A DNA stretch of 26,504 nt. Source: an uncultured bacterium. Its GTDB lineage: Bacteria > Abyssobacteria > SURF-5. Of this stretch, positions 17,187-26,504 are shown piece by piece. The DNA lies in assembly GCA_964607485.1 (NCBI GenBank), contig CAZSKP010000052.1, positions 1 to 26,504 of the forward strand, read 5' to 3'. The translations under genes were made by a program, and so were the position numbers. Under the pieces are notes generated by a model, which worked only from the letters and a program-made list of their open reading frames with translations, searched no databases and was not told where the DNA came from. The stretch's first letter is position 1, and every line of letters starts with the position of its first letter.

Positions 17187-19433
17187 TTATCCTCTCTCGA
17201 CGCTCCCGAGCGCGGTAGCCGCGGCGTCCCTTATCAGAGCCGCCTTTCTGCGCCTGAAAAAGCTCCGAGTTTGACTGAGTCTCTCGAGCAGGGCTGCCGC
17301 CGATTCCGAACCGATGTTTCCCACCGCTTCTATCGCCAGCCTCAGGATCTCATCATCTTTCTTCCATTTTCCCTTTTCGTCCAGGAGTCGTTCCAACGCA
17401 GGCATCGCCTGTTCCGCCTCTATCGCTGCAACCCATCCGAGGGCGGCCTTGCACATACTGGCGTCCCCGTCGTTCAGGCTGTTGCACAGCAGCTCGACCG
17501 CCTCATCGGTCCTTATCGAAGCGAGGGCTTTAAGAGCTTCTTTCCTGACGCGCACATCCTCATGCGACAAGGCTCTTCGCAGGTGGGGAACGCAGCCGGC
17601 TTTTCCCGTCTGGCCAAGTATCGAGACGGCATTGCGCACCACATACCACTTCGGATGGTCGATCTTGTCGGCCACTGCTCCTATGGCCTTGTCGCCGATC
17701 TGGGACAGGGCCTGGCATATGAGGAGCCTCACGTGACGAGATTCTTCGGTTTCCAGAGACCGAATCAGTGCGGCAAGGGCGGGAGCTCCGAGAGCGTCAA
17801 AGTACTTGACAAGCCTTTCAAAATCGGCGCTCTCCTTGTTTAACTCCCGGAATACAGCTACCAGTTGTCCCATCTTCTGGTCACCAAGGTACTCCTCAAC
17901 GGTGTTTCTCATCGGCTCCAACTGCATTTTCGAAAAGACCTGCTTTTTCTGTTCGAGTTCCGCCAGGAGTCCTTTGAGCAGAACCGCCGCGCTCTCATAC
18001 TTGCGCTCTTCAAGGAAATGGTCCATGTAAGACCTGGCGCGCGCCAGGAGCGCCGTGTGACTCACCGGGGCCTTTTCGTGGGAGAGGAGCTCCAAGAGAG
18101 CAGGAACCATGACGTCAGCGGCGACGGCCTCGAATTCTTCGGCAACTTCCCTGATCAATCTGCTCCGCTCGTCGTCAAGGAACAATATCTTTTCCGGTGG
18201 ATATCCCTCTATTCTGGGGACAGCGTCCTGGGGGGAGACGACTCTTCGGTCGGGCGTTATCGCGGTCTCGGGCTCGGCTTCCTCTACCGTCAGGACAGCT
18301 TCGACCTCGGGGCTTAGCATGTCGCTTTCTCTCAGCTTATTCCTCAGTGTTTCGGCAAGCGCCAATCTTTCGGTCTGGCTGAGTTCGAGGTTGCCAAAGT
18401 AGCTCTGCATCAACGATGCCGCGCCTCCGCTGACTTCGAAATTTTCCAGCAACGCGCTCGCCAGTTGCGAAGTCGGGAATCGGCTCAGAATGCCCGACTC
18501 GATGCTTTTCAGAGCCAGATGGGGCACGAGCCCTTTGCTGACCAGTTCGGTCCTGATGTTGGCAGACAGACCAAGCACCGAAACGGCAAGATTCTTCAGC
18601 AGATGAGCGCGCTCATCGTTCGAGGGCAGCGACGCTATGGCTGTGCCGATCGTGCTCAGGATTTTCAGCAGACGCTCCACACGACCGAGCGGGTCAACCT
18701 CCTGCTCCAGCTTCTCCAGTTGTATCGCGAACTTCTCCAAGAGGCGCGCGAACAGTTCGGGATTCCGAAGCAGCGCGCGGAGGCGTTTCAGGCTTTCGAG
18801 ATCCCCTTCTTCAAGACGCACAAACATGCGACTGAAGTTTTCGGGGATCTCTAATTGTTCAACGGCGAGCTCGATTTCGTCGAGAGCCTCTATCTCGGGC
18901 AACACCTCGTCGCTGACTGAAAGCCCGTGTCCGTCAACGATCGTCAGCTCGCCCGTCTCTTCCACGACAGCATGAGTGATGCCCTTGCTTTTGGCGAGCT
19001 TCTCGATTCCGCCGGCTTCCGCGATCTGTTCGACCTTCATGTTGACAGTTTCGAGCAGGCTCCTCATCTGCTCGAACGGGATGCCTGAGTCAAGCAAGAT
19101 TTTCCGAATTCCGCGCTTGTACAGAGAAAGGCAGAAATTTTTTATTCTCGAATCCTTTGGCCCTACTTCGATCCCGCCTACCGAGAGCCGGTCCTTCTCT
19201 GCAATGATTTCCACCACGCTTTCCGGCGAGCAATCCTTCCTCGAAAGCTCGAGCACTTTCTCAATCGAGTCAGTAACAACGGGGTTGTCGGCGGGATACA
19301 GAAGCAAGTCTTTCTTGGCCTTGATAAAGGAGTTGACGAAGGCCTCAGCTCTCAGCGCGGCGTCCGTTTTTGAGCAGGTTTCGGGCGCAGAAGTCGAGTC
19401 GTTATCCGTATTCTTTGCCTGAGTGAGCCCCAT
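17187..19433 (-). CDS. HEAT-repeat protein with uncharacterised N-terminal domain
   Basis: C-terminal PBS/HEAT-like repeats (WYVVRNAVSILG, DVRVRKEALKAL, LRLAIEAVG). GAGGGG RBS; stop lies 5 bp before the HD-GYP start. Confidence 0.85.
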   Translation of the reverse strand: MGLTQAKNTDNDSTSAPETCSKTDAALRAEAFVNSFIKAKKDLLLYPADNPVVTDSIEKVLELSRKDCSPESVVEIIAEKDRLSVGGIEVGPKDSRIKNFCLSLYKRGIRKILLDSGIPFEQMRSLLETVNMKVEQIAEAGGIEKLAKSKGITHAVVEETGELTIVDGHGLSVSDEVLPEIEALDEIELAVEQLEIPENFSRMFVRLEEGDLESLKRLRALLRNPELFARLLEKFAIQLEKLEQEVDPLGRVERLLKILSTIGTAIASLPSNDERAHLLKNLAVSVLGLSANIRTELVSKGLVPHLALKSIESGILSRFPTSQLASALLENFEVSGGAASLMQSYFGNLELSQTERLALAETLRNKLRESDMLSPEVEAVLTVEEAEPETAITPDRRVVSPQDAVPRIEGYPPEKILFLDDERSRLIREVAEEFEAVAADVMVPALLELLSHEKAPVSHTALLARARSYMDHFLEERKYESAAVLLKGLLAELEQKKQVFSKMQLEPMRNTVEEYLGDQKMGQLVAVFRELNKESADFERLVKYFDALGAPALAALIRSLETEESRHVRLLICQALSQIGDKAIGAVADKIDHPKWYVVRNAVSILGQTGKAGCVPHLRRALSHEDVRVRKEALKALASIRTDEAVELLCNSLNDGDASMCKAALGWVAAIEAEQAMPALERLLDEKGKWKKDDEILRLAIEAVGNIGSESAAALLERLSQTRSFFRRRKAALIRDAAATALGSVERG

Positions 19434-19561
19434 AAATTGTGTCCCCTCATGCAGCTTCCGAGAGTATCATGAGAGTCCCTATGTTGCCTTCTGGCAGATA
19501 GTTATGGGCTCAGCAGCGCAGGGTGTGCGTTGCCGATTCCTTGGCTCGCCAGAAAAGTTCG

Positions 19562-19590
19562 TTGACGTGTCCGACCTCGACCTGTACAAT
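19562..19590 (+). promoter_or_regulatory. Sigma70-type promoter for the GPH transporter
   Basis: TTGACG(19562-19567)-17 bp-TACAAT(19585-19590), close to consensus. Confidence 0.7.
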
Positions 19591-19749
19591 GCTTGCACGA
19601 ATTATGCCAGTTTCAGGCACTCCGGCTCGTTTTCGCCCGAATCCGCTCGACAGAAGACCGTGGGATTGGTCTTCCTCGAGGCCGATGGGATCGTGGCGAA
19701 CTCGGACCAGGACTGGATGATGGAGGAACACTTTGCGGAGGAAGTTGAA

Positions 19750-21087
19750 TTGACGCTCCCGAGGGAAAGGCTTTCGCGGAAGACGCTTGTAGGCTACGGG
19801 TCTTCCATGATCGGCCTGAACGGAATGTCGACAATGATAAGCGTCCACCTGCTTTTCTTCTATACCGACCTTGTGCTTGTGGCCTCGACGGTGGTGGGCG
19901 TCGTGATGGCGATTGCGCAGGTGTGGGATGCGCTGACCGACCCGATACTGGGTTATATTTCGGATCATACTCGGTGGAAATGGGGCAGACGCAGGCCTTA
20001 CATCTTGTTGGGCTCAGTCCCCGCCGCGTTGTTCTTCTTCATCCTGTTTTCGCCCCCGGCAGCCCTTTCCGCCGATGGGGCCTCCGTCTTCTTTGCGGTC
20101 GCCTTCATCCTTTTCTTTACCTTCCGCACGGTATGGGAGACGCCCTATTTCGCGCTGGCTCCGGAACTCACGCTGGACTATGATGAGAGAACCCGGCTGT
20201 CGGCTTATCAACAGGTATTTGCCACCGTGGGAGATATTCTCGGCACGATGGCGCCCGTGATTCTGGTCGGCATCTTCTCGACCCAGAGGAAAGACTACTC
20301 GTTTCTCGGGCTGCTCGTGGCGATCCTGGCGGTCGGCTCAGCCATCTCGACGTATCTGGGCACACGCGAGAATCCGGCGCTCTCGAAGAAATCAAGGCTT
20401 CCGCTGAAGCAATCGCTTCTGACCACGCTGCGCAATCGCCCGTACCGTATCCTGGTGCTTACTTCCACCTGCACGTCGATATCCAACTTCACCACTATCG
20501 CCGTGGTACGCTACTTGATCAAGTACTGGCTCCACCGGGAATACATGGAGAAATACTTCTTCGCCGCATTCTTTGTCGGGGTGTTCATCTCGATACCGTT
20601 GTGGATAAGGATAACGAATCGAATCGGCAAGAAGGCCGCCTATATTGTGACGATGCTTGTCTACTGCGTGCTTTTGTGGCTCATATTGATAGTAAACCCG
20701 GACGATTACCTCATCTTCGGTCTCGCCATGGTAGTTGCCGGCGCCTTCAACATCGCATTGTGGCTGATTCCCGGCTCCATCGTTCCCGACATTATCGAGT
20801 GGGACCAGCTTGAGGTGGGAGAACGGCGCGAGGGCGCGTTTTACGGCATCTGGACGCTCATCCGGAAAGGGGCCGTCGGGGGAGCATTCATCATCATCGG
20901 CTTCCTTCTCGACTATGTCGGATACTTGCCCAACGCCGAGCAGACCGACCGCGCGTTGCTGGGAATCAAACTGTTGTTCGGCCCCATACCGAGCGTGCTC
21001 CTCATCATCGGCGTGATAATCTTCCTCAAGTTTCCCATCACGAAAGAGGTGCATCAAGAAATACTCCGAAAGATAGAAGGCCGTTGA
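19750..21087 (+). CDS. MFS glycoside-pentoside-hexuronide (MelB-like) cation symporter
   Basis: WDALTDPILGYISDHTRWKWGRRRPY, PYFALAPELTLDYDERTRL and GERREGAFYG motifs; ~12 TM. TTG 19750 follows GGAGGA; ATG 19717/19720 are alternatives. Confidence 0.92.
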   Translation: MTLPRERLSRKTLVGYGSSMIGLNGMSTMISVHLLFFYTDLVLVASTVVGVVMAIAQVWDALTDPILGYISDHTRWKWGRRRPYILLGSVPAALFFFILFSPPAALSADGASVFFAVAFILFFTFRTVWETPYFALAPELTLDYDERTRLSAYQQVFATVGDILGTMAPVILVGIFSTQRKDYSFLGLLVAILAVGSAISTYLGTRENPALSKKSRLPLKQSLLTTLRNRPYRILVLTSTCTSISNFTTIAVVRYLIKYWLHREYMEKYFFAAFFVGVFISIPLWIRITNRIGKKAAYIVTMLVYCVLLWLILIVNPDDYLIFGLAMVVAGAFNIALWLIPGSIVPDIIEWDQLEVGERREGAFYGIWTLIRKGAVGGAFIIIGFLLDYVGYLPNAEQTDRALLGIKLLFGPIPSVLLIIGVIIFLKFPITKEVHQEILRKIEGR

Positions 21088-21107
21088 AACTCCTCCCACG
21101 TTCCTGC

Positions 21108-21136
21108 TTGACGGAGTGGGAGCTTCATGGTATGTT
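21108..21136 (+). promoter_or_regulatory. Sigma70-type promoter for the TMTC-like gene
   Basis: TTGACG(21108-21113)-17 bp-TATGTT(21131-21136) with TGn extension. The inverted repeat CTCCCAC/GTGGGAG (21093-21122) straddles the -35. Confidence 0.55.
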
Positions 21137-21161
21137 CTCTCTCATGTCGGGGATACGAGGA

Positions 21162-23162
21162 ATGAAACCGGGACTTCACACCGGAAAGGCGGATACAAAG
21201 GCAATCCTGCGTGCTGCCGCGCCTTACATCGTCCTGCTCATCCCCATCCTGCTGATTTATCTGAACGCGCTGCCCAACGACTTTGTCTGGGATGATGACA
21301 TCCTGATAGTGGACAACTATCTCGTCAGGAGCTGGCGCCATCTGCCGACGATCTTCACGCAATCGTTCTTTCACATGGAATCTCAGGGGATGCCCGCGGG
21401 AAATTATTATCGGCCGTTCATATTGCTTTCCTTCCTGATCGAGCATTCGTTGTGGGGATTGCGTCCCGCAGGCTATCATCTCACCAATGTCCTGCTACAT
21501 TGCTCGAACGTTCTCCTTTTCTTCCATTTCTTTACCCGGATTTTTCAGGACAAGAGAGCCGGGTTCCTGGCCGGGCTCTTCTACGGGACGAATCCCGTCC
21601 ATACCACCGCGGTGAGCTTCATCGGAGGACGCACCGATTCGTTTGCCGCCTTCTTCTTCCTGATCAGCCTGGTGTTGTATCAGCGGTTCCGACGGCCGGT
21701 GGATGGCGGAAGGACTCGACAACTGGCCGGTGCGCTCATCTTCTTCTGCCTGTCCCTCTTGTGTAAAGAGAGCGCCGTTATGTTGCCGCTCATCGTGGTG
21801 CTGTATGACATCTGCCTGACCGACCGGTTCAGAAAGGGCCGCTTCGAGTGGAGGTCGCTGGGCGTTTATGCGCCCTTTGCTGCGATTTGGGCCGGTTATT
21901 TCTGCCTCAGACGTTTCGTGGTACAGGAGAATCTCGACTTCGTCATTCATTCGCCTTCGGACCTTCTGTACCGGCTCGCGACGATCATTAAGGCCATAGC
22001 GTATTATTGGAAGCTCCTCCTTCTTCCCATTCATCTAAGCACCGAACGCGCCGTTGAAGTGGTTCATTCCCTCGGTTCGCCGCTGTTTCTGTTCAGCCTG
22101 GCGGCTATGGGTGTGTTCTTTGGCTTGATGGTTTACTGGTGGCGTTCAGACAGGCGACGCTTCTTCTGTTCGATGTGGTTCTTCATCACGCTCCTTCCGG
22201 CCTCGAATATAGTGCCTGTGTTTCCCTCCATTGCCTCGTCTCATCTGTATGCGGCCGAGCAGCTCATGTATGTTCCGTCGATGGGGCTCTTCATGCTGGC
22301 GGCGTCGTTCCTTCCAATCGCACGGGGCAATGCGGCCAGTTCCCGGCGTACGCGCCTGACAGCGCATTTGTGTTTGGCGGTGAGCCTTGCGGTCGTCTTT
22401 GAGTTTTCGGTCCTGACGATACGTCGCAATACTGACTGGCGAGATAACCTTACGTTCTACGAGAGAACATTGTCGCGGGACCCAACCAGCGTGCGCATCA
22501 TGAACAACCTGGGCATTCTCTACACGGAGCAGGGGCAGTATCAAAAGGCGCTGGAGCTGTTTGAATCGGCGCTGAAGGTGCGGCCCGACTCTGTCAGCGT
22601 GTACAACAACATCGCGGCCGTTTACGAAGAACTTGGTCTTAGGAATCAGGCCGAGGCCGCCTATCGGGAGGTCCTCTCGCTCGATGAAAAGAACATCCGG
22701 GCCCGGCTGGGGATGGGAAAGCTCTTGGTGGAAGCCGGGCGCATCGAGGAGGCGAAGAGAGAGTTCTCGCTTCTCACCGGATGGTATCCGAAGCTCTCGG
22801 CGGCGCATCATGAACTGGGCCGCCTGCTCATGGCGCAGGGGAAAGATCAGGAAGCGCTCGCGGAGTTTCAGGCGGCTCTCGAGAACTCCCCAAGCCCCGA
22901 CGTCGTCCTCAATTCGATAGGAATTATCTATGCCAGGCAGGACGACCTCGAGCAGGCGTCCCGCTACTTCAAGCTGGCGCTGGAGGCAAACCCCGATTCG
23001 TACCAGGCCAACGTGAACCTGGGCAACATCTATTTCGTGCAGGGTCTCGACGAGAAAGCGCTCGAGCAATACGAAGCGGCGTTAAGGAAGGGACTTCGTC
23101 TGCCCGCGATTCAGCAGCGCGTCACCGACCTCCGCGCCCGACTATCGCAAGGAGGCGAATAG
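21162..23162 (+). CDS. TMTC-like GT-C membrane glycosyltransferase with C-terminal TPR repeats
   Basis: NDFVWDD, YYRP, YHLTNVLLH, KESA and RNTDW motifs, ~11 TM, then TPRs (NNLGILY, HHELGRLL, NSIGIIY, NLGNIY). GAGGA precedes ATG 21162; the exact start is uncertain. Confidence 0.85.
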   Translation: MKPGLHTGKADTKAILRAAAPYIVLLIPILLIYLNALPNDFVWDDDILIVDNYLVRSWRHLPTIFTQSFFHMESQGMPAGNYYRPFILLSFLIEHSLWGLRPAGYHLTNVLLHCSNVLLFFHFFTRIFQDKRAGFLAGLFYGTNPVHTTAVSFIGGRTDSFAAFFFLISLVLYQRFRRPVDGGRTRQLAGALIFFCLSLLCKESAVMLPLIVVLYDICLTDRFRKGRFEWRSLGVYAPFAAIWAGYFCLRRFVVQENLDFVIHSPSDLLYRLATIIKAIAYYWKLLLLPIHLSTERAVEVVHSLGSPLFLFSLAAMGVFFGLMVYWWRSDRRRFFCSMWFFITLLPASNIVPVFPSIASSHLYAAEQLMYVPSMGLFMLAASFLPIARGNAASSRRTRLTAHLCLAVSLAVVFEFSVLTIRRNTDWRDNLTFYERTLSRDPTSVRIMNNLGILYTEQGQYQKALELFESALKVRPDSVSVYNNIAAVYEELGLRNQAEAAYREVLSLDEKNIRARLGMGKLLVEAGRIEEAKREFSLLTGWYPKLSAAHHELGRLLMAQGKDQEALAEFQAALENSPSPDVVLNSIGIIYARQDDLEQASRYFKLALEANPDSYQANVNLGNIYFVQGLDEKALEQYEAALRKGLRLPAIQQRVTDLRARLSQGGE

Positions 23163-23246
23163 GAGAACGCAGACGCATTCAGAGCTGTGAGTGAGAAGTT
23201 CCCGTCGCTGCCGTTTTCTTCTTTGGAGTGAGACGTCGTCGTTCGG

Positions 23247-24410
23247 TCAATCGCCAGACGCGCCGGCGCTCTCTTTTATCAGGTGGCGGGCGATGACGTT
23301 TCGCTGAATCTGGTTGGTGCCCTCGTATATCTGCGTTATCTTGGCGTCGCGCATCATCTTCTCGACGGGATACTCCTTCATGTAACCGTAGCCGCCCATG
23401 ATCTGCACGGCGTCGGTTGTCACGCGCATCGCCATGTCGGAGGCGAACACCTTCGCCATCGCCGACTCTTTCGAGACATTCGTCAAGCCGCCGTCTATCA
23501 TCCTTGCGGTCGCATACACAAGCGCGCGGGCGGCCTCTATCTGTGTGGCCATGTCGGCGAGCATGTGCTGTATCGCCTGGAATGAAGTTATCGAGGCGCC
23601 GAACTGCTTGCGCTCGCGCGCGTAGGCTATTGCCTCGTCGAATGCTCCCTGCGCCAGGCCGACGGCCTGAGCGCCGATGCCGGGCCGGGTGTTGTCGAGC
23701 GTTTTCATGGCTACTATGAAGCCCATGCCCTCGCGGCCGAGCACGTTCTTCTTGGAGACGCGGCAGTCCTCGAAGAAAATCTCGCGCTGGAGCGACGCGC
23801 GGATGCCCATCTTGTTTTCCTTTCGGCCGAACGTCATTCCGGGCGTGTCCTTTTCGACGATAATGGCGGTCGCGCCCCGGCTGCCCCGGCTCTTGTCGGT
23901 CATGGCGAATATCGTGTAGATCTGCGCCTCGCCGGCATTGGTGATCCACTGTTTCCGTCCGTTGAGAACATAGAAATCGCCGTCCGAGACCGCCGTCGTC
24001 TCGATGGCCCCGGCATCGCTCCCGGCGTTCGCCTCAGTCAGCCCGAAGGCGGCGAGCGCCTTGCCCGAGGCCACGGCGGGCAGATATCTTTCCCTCTGCT
24101 CATCGGTTCCGGCCAGAAGGATCGGAAACGAACCGAGCGCGGTCGCAGCATACGTGGCGCACACGCCCGCGCAGACGCGGGCTATCTCCTCGACGGCCAG
24201 ACACAGCCCCAGGCAGCCGTCTCCGGTGCCGCCATATTGCTCGGGGATAAAGATTCCGCAGAGGTTTGCGCGTGCGAGCTCGTCGAGTATCTCGCGGGGG
24301 AAATCGGATGTTTCGTCGAGCTTGGCGCGGGCGGGCCGGATCTTTTCGACCGCAATTTTCCGGGCCAGGTCGCGAATCGCCGTCTGTTTCTCCGTCAGAA
24401 AATAATCCAT
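23247..24410 (-). CDS. Acyl-CoA dehydrogenase (short-chain/butyryl-CoA dehydrogenase-like)
   Basis: FGLTEANAGSD, KQWITNA, KMGIRAS, RKQFG, QIMGGYGY and TQIYEGTNQIQR motifs. Confidence 0.95.
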   Translation of the reverse strand: MDYFLTEKQTAIRDLARKIAVEKIRPARAKLDETSDFPREILDELARANLCGIFIPEQYGGTGDGCLGLCLAVEEIARVCAGVCATYAATALGSFPILLAGTDEQRERYLPAVASGKALAAFGLTEANAGSDAGAIETTAVSDGDFYVLNGRKQWITNAGEAQIYTIFAMTDKSRGSRGATAIIVEKDTPGMTFGRKENKMGIRASLQREIFFEDCRVSKKNVLGREGMGFIVAMKTLDNTRPGIGAQAVGLAQGAFDEAIAYARERKQFGASITSFQAIQHMLADMATQIEAARALVYATARMIDGGLTNVSKESAMAKVFASDMAMRVTTDAVQIMGGYGYMKEYPVEKMMRDAKITQIYEGTNQIQRNVIARHLIKESAGASGD

Positions 24411-24437
24411 CCCTTAAGCTCCGGTTTGTCCGAGGGT

Positions 24438-25142
24438 CTACTGTTGCAGCTTCTTCAGGGCTTCGCACGCGGCCTTCTGCTGGGCCTCTTTCTTGTTTCG
24501 ACCCTGGCCCGTGGCATAGGGCTCGTCCTCGATGGTAAGCAGAACTTCATACGTGCGTTCGTGAGGAGGCCCCGATTCGTTCAGGACGGTGTACTTGGGA
24601 AGAGTCTGGAAACGCGACTGTGTTATTTCCTGAAGTATGGATTTGTAATCCATCTTGTGCTGGTCGTGGTCGAGGCTCTCGATCTCCTCACTGAAAAGCC
24701 TTATGACGAATTTGCGGGCCGCCTTCAGGCCGCCGTCGAGATAGACGGCGCCGATGATAGCCTCCATCGCATCGGCGAGCAGCGAGTTTCGCTTGCGTCC
24801 GCCGCCCAGTTCCTCCCCCTTTCCGAGTCGAATATAGGGAGCTATGCCCACCTTCTTGGCCACTTTGGCGAGCGTCGTCTTGCTCACGACCGCCGCGCGC
24901 AATTTCGTCAGTTGGCCTTCGTAGTACATAGGGTAGGTGTCGAACAGCTCGTGGCTGACGACGAGCTCGAGGACGGCGTCGCCGAGGAATTCGAGCTTCT
25001 CGTAGTGTGCGCGTCTTTGGTCGGGCAGTTCGTTGACGAAGGAGGAATGAGAAAGAGCCTGGTCGAGCAATCCAAGCCGTCTGAAACGCACGTGCAGCGA
25101 TTTTTCGAGTTCCCTGAGCGCCTTGCGCCTCGCCGGCTCCAT
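24438..25142 (-). CDS. rnc: Ribonuclease III
   Basis: EKLEFLGDAVL, ADAMEAIIGAVYLDGG and dsRBD DYKSILQE...GPPHER...KKEAQQKAA motifs; canonical position after fabF. Start is ATG 25142 or GTG 25145. Confidence 0.97.
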   Translation of the reverse strand: MEPARRKALRELEKSLHVRFRRLGLLDQALSHSSFVNELPDQRRAHYEKLEFLGDAVLELVVSHELFDTYPMYYEGQLTKLRAAVVSKTTLAKVAKKVGIAPYIRLGKGEELGGGRKRNSLLADAMEAIIGAVYLDGGLKAARKFVIRLFSEEIESLDHDQHKMDYKSILQEITQSRFQTLPKYTVLNESGPPHERTYEVLLTIEDEPYATGQGRNKKEAQQKAACEALKKLQQ

Positions 25143-25161
25143 CACGTATGAATACCGATGA

Positions 25162-26403
25162 CTATTCGTATTTCTTGAAGATAAGGGTTGCATTGGTTCC
25201 ACCGAATCCGAACGAGTTGCTCATGGCATAATCCACCTTCATTTCACGAGCGACGTTCGGAACATAGTCAAGATCACACTCGGGGTCGGGTTCCTCGTAG
25301 TTGATGGTAGGGGGAACGACATCATCTCTTATGGACAGGAGAGAGGCTATCGCCTCGACCCCGCCGGCGGCTCCGAGGAGGTGCCCCATGTGCGACTTTG
25401 TAGAGCTGATGACCAGTTTTCTTGCATGCCCGCCGAACACTTCCTTCACCGCCTCCGTCTCAAGCTTGTCGTTCAGGGGAGTGGAGGTGCCGTGCGCGTT
25501 GATGTAAGAGATGGCTTCGGGAGAGATGCGCCCGCTCCGCAGCGCCGCACGCATCGACCGGGCGGCGCCGTCGCCGTCCGGGGAGGGGGCGGTGATGTGG
25601 TATGCGTCGGCGGACATTCCGTATCCCACGACCTCCCCAAGTATGTTCGCGCCCCTTTTGCGGGCATGCTCGAGCTCTTCGAGCATCACGATCCCAGCTC
25701 CCTCGCTCATGACGAATCCGTCGCGTGTCCGGTCGAACGGCCTGCTGGCGCGTTCAGGCTCATCATTGCGCGAGGTGGTCAGAGCTCGCATCGCACAAAA
25801 TCCGGCAAACCCGATGGGAATCAGCGCGGCCTCGCTTCCTCCCGCCAGGATGATGTCGGCCTCGTCTCGCTCGATGATGCGGTAGGCGTCGCCGATGGCG
25901 TGTGTGCCCGTGGCGCATGCGGTGCTCACGGCGGTGTTGGGTCCCTTAAGCCCGAACGTCATGGCGACGAGACCCGAGGCCATGTTGATGATAAGCATGG
26001 GGATGAAGAACGGGCTCAGCCTTTTCGGTCCTCGTTCGAGAAGCACTAGGTGTTGGTCTTGCATAACGCCCATGCCGCCGACGCCCGAGCCGATTATCAC
26101 GCCGAACCTGTCGCGGTCGATTCTGTCGAGGTCGATGCCTGAACTCTCGATGGCCATCTTGCTCGCCGCGAGAGCGAACTGGGCGAACCGGTCCGTGCGC
26201 CGGGCTTCCTTCGTGGAGAAATGCTCCTCCGGATTAAAGTCCTCCACCATTCCCGCGACCTTGGAGGGATACTCGGACACATCGAAGTAGCTCAGGCGCT
26301 TTACGCCCGAACGGCCGCTCTTGAGCGACTCCCAGAATTTGTCCAAGCTGTTGCCCACGGGCGAAATCACGCCGGCGCCCGTTGCTACGACACGTCTCAG
26401 CAT
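25162..26403 (-). CDS. fabF: 3-oxoacyl-ACP synthase II
   Basis: TACATG (catalytic Cys), INAHGTST, KSHMGHLLGAAG and NSFGFGGTN motifs. Confidence 0.98.
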   Translation of the reverse strand: MLRRVVATGAGVISPVGNSLDKFWESLKSGRSGVKRLSYFDVSEYPSKVAGMVEDFNPEEHFSTKEARRTDRFAQFALAASKMAIESSGIDLDRIDRDRFGVIIGSGVGGMGVMQDQHLVLLERGPKRLSPFFIPMLIINMASGLVAMTFGLKGPNTAVSTACATGTHAIGDAYRIIERDEADIILAGGSEAALIPIGFAGFCAMRALTTSRNDEPERASRPFDRTRDGFVMSEGAGIVMLEELEHARKRGANILGEVVGYGMSADAYHITAPSPDGDGAARSMRAALRSGRISPEAISYINAHGTSTPLNDKLETEAVKEVFGGHARKLVISSTKSHMGHLLGAAGGVEAIASLLSIRDDVVPPTINYEEPDPECDLDYVPNVAREMKVDYAMSNSFGFGGTNATLIFKKYE

Positions 26404-26451
26404 CGATGTTACGTCTCCCCTTCCGACGACGGCAGGCAGACTTAAGAAAGC

Positions 26452-26504
26452 CTAGAGGCTCTTTATGAAATCTATTGCGTTTCGAACCGTCAGGATTTTC
26501 TCCG
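26452..26504 (-). CDS. acpP: Acyl carrier protein, C-terminal fragment at window edge
   Basis: The minus strand reads EKILTVRNAIDFIKSL*, the typical ACP C-terminus (AEKIxTVxxAIDYI), directly upstream of fabF. Confidence 0.85.
   Translation of the reverse strand, partial: EKILTVRNAIDFIKSL

Noticed and set aside
19423-19749. 109-aa N-terminal extension of the GPH transporter in the ORF track
   Set aside because: It overlaps the start of the divergent HEAT gene and contains a near-consensus promoter; family similarity begins near 19750.

Overview
GC-rich bacterial chromosomal window with core genes at both ends. The left end holds the distal F1Fo ATP synthase operon (atpE 3' end, atpF, atpH, atpA, atpG, atpD, atpC; c-subunit of H+ type). 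The right end holds acpP(3' end)-fabF-rnc plus an acyl-CoA dehydrogenase on the minus strand. In between are a CLC channel/transporter with CBS domains, a GbsR/MarR regulator-SDR-membrane protein module, an intact stand-alone HK97-family phage portal gene with no other phage gene nearby, an ATC-hydrolase-family protein, a CheY-like receiver, a secreted ankyrin-repeat protein, a minus-strand HEAT / HD-GYP / YbaK / histidine phosphatase / degenerate PilZ cluster, a GPH (MelB-like) symporter and a TMTC-like GT-C glycosyltransferase-TPR protein. The best leads are the orphan portal (possible domesticated or dispersed GTA-like system) and a ~130-aa N-terminal domain shared without gaps by the adjacent HEAT and HD-GYP proteins. 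Also notable are 9-bp tandem arrays flanking the GbsR gene and a long structured leader before the receiver gene. No rRNA, tRNA, CRISPR array, integrase or transposase was seen. All calls come from motif recognition by eye; no searches were run.
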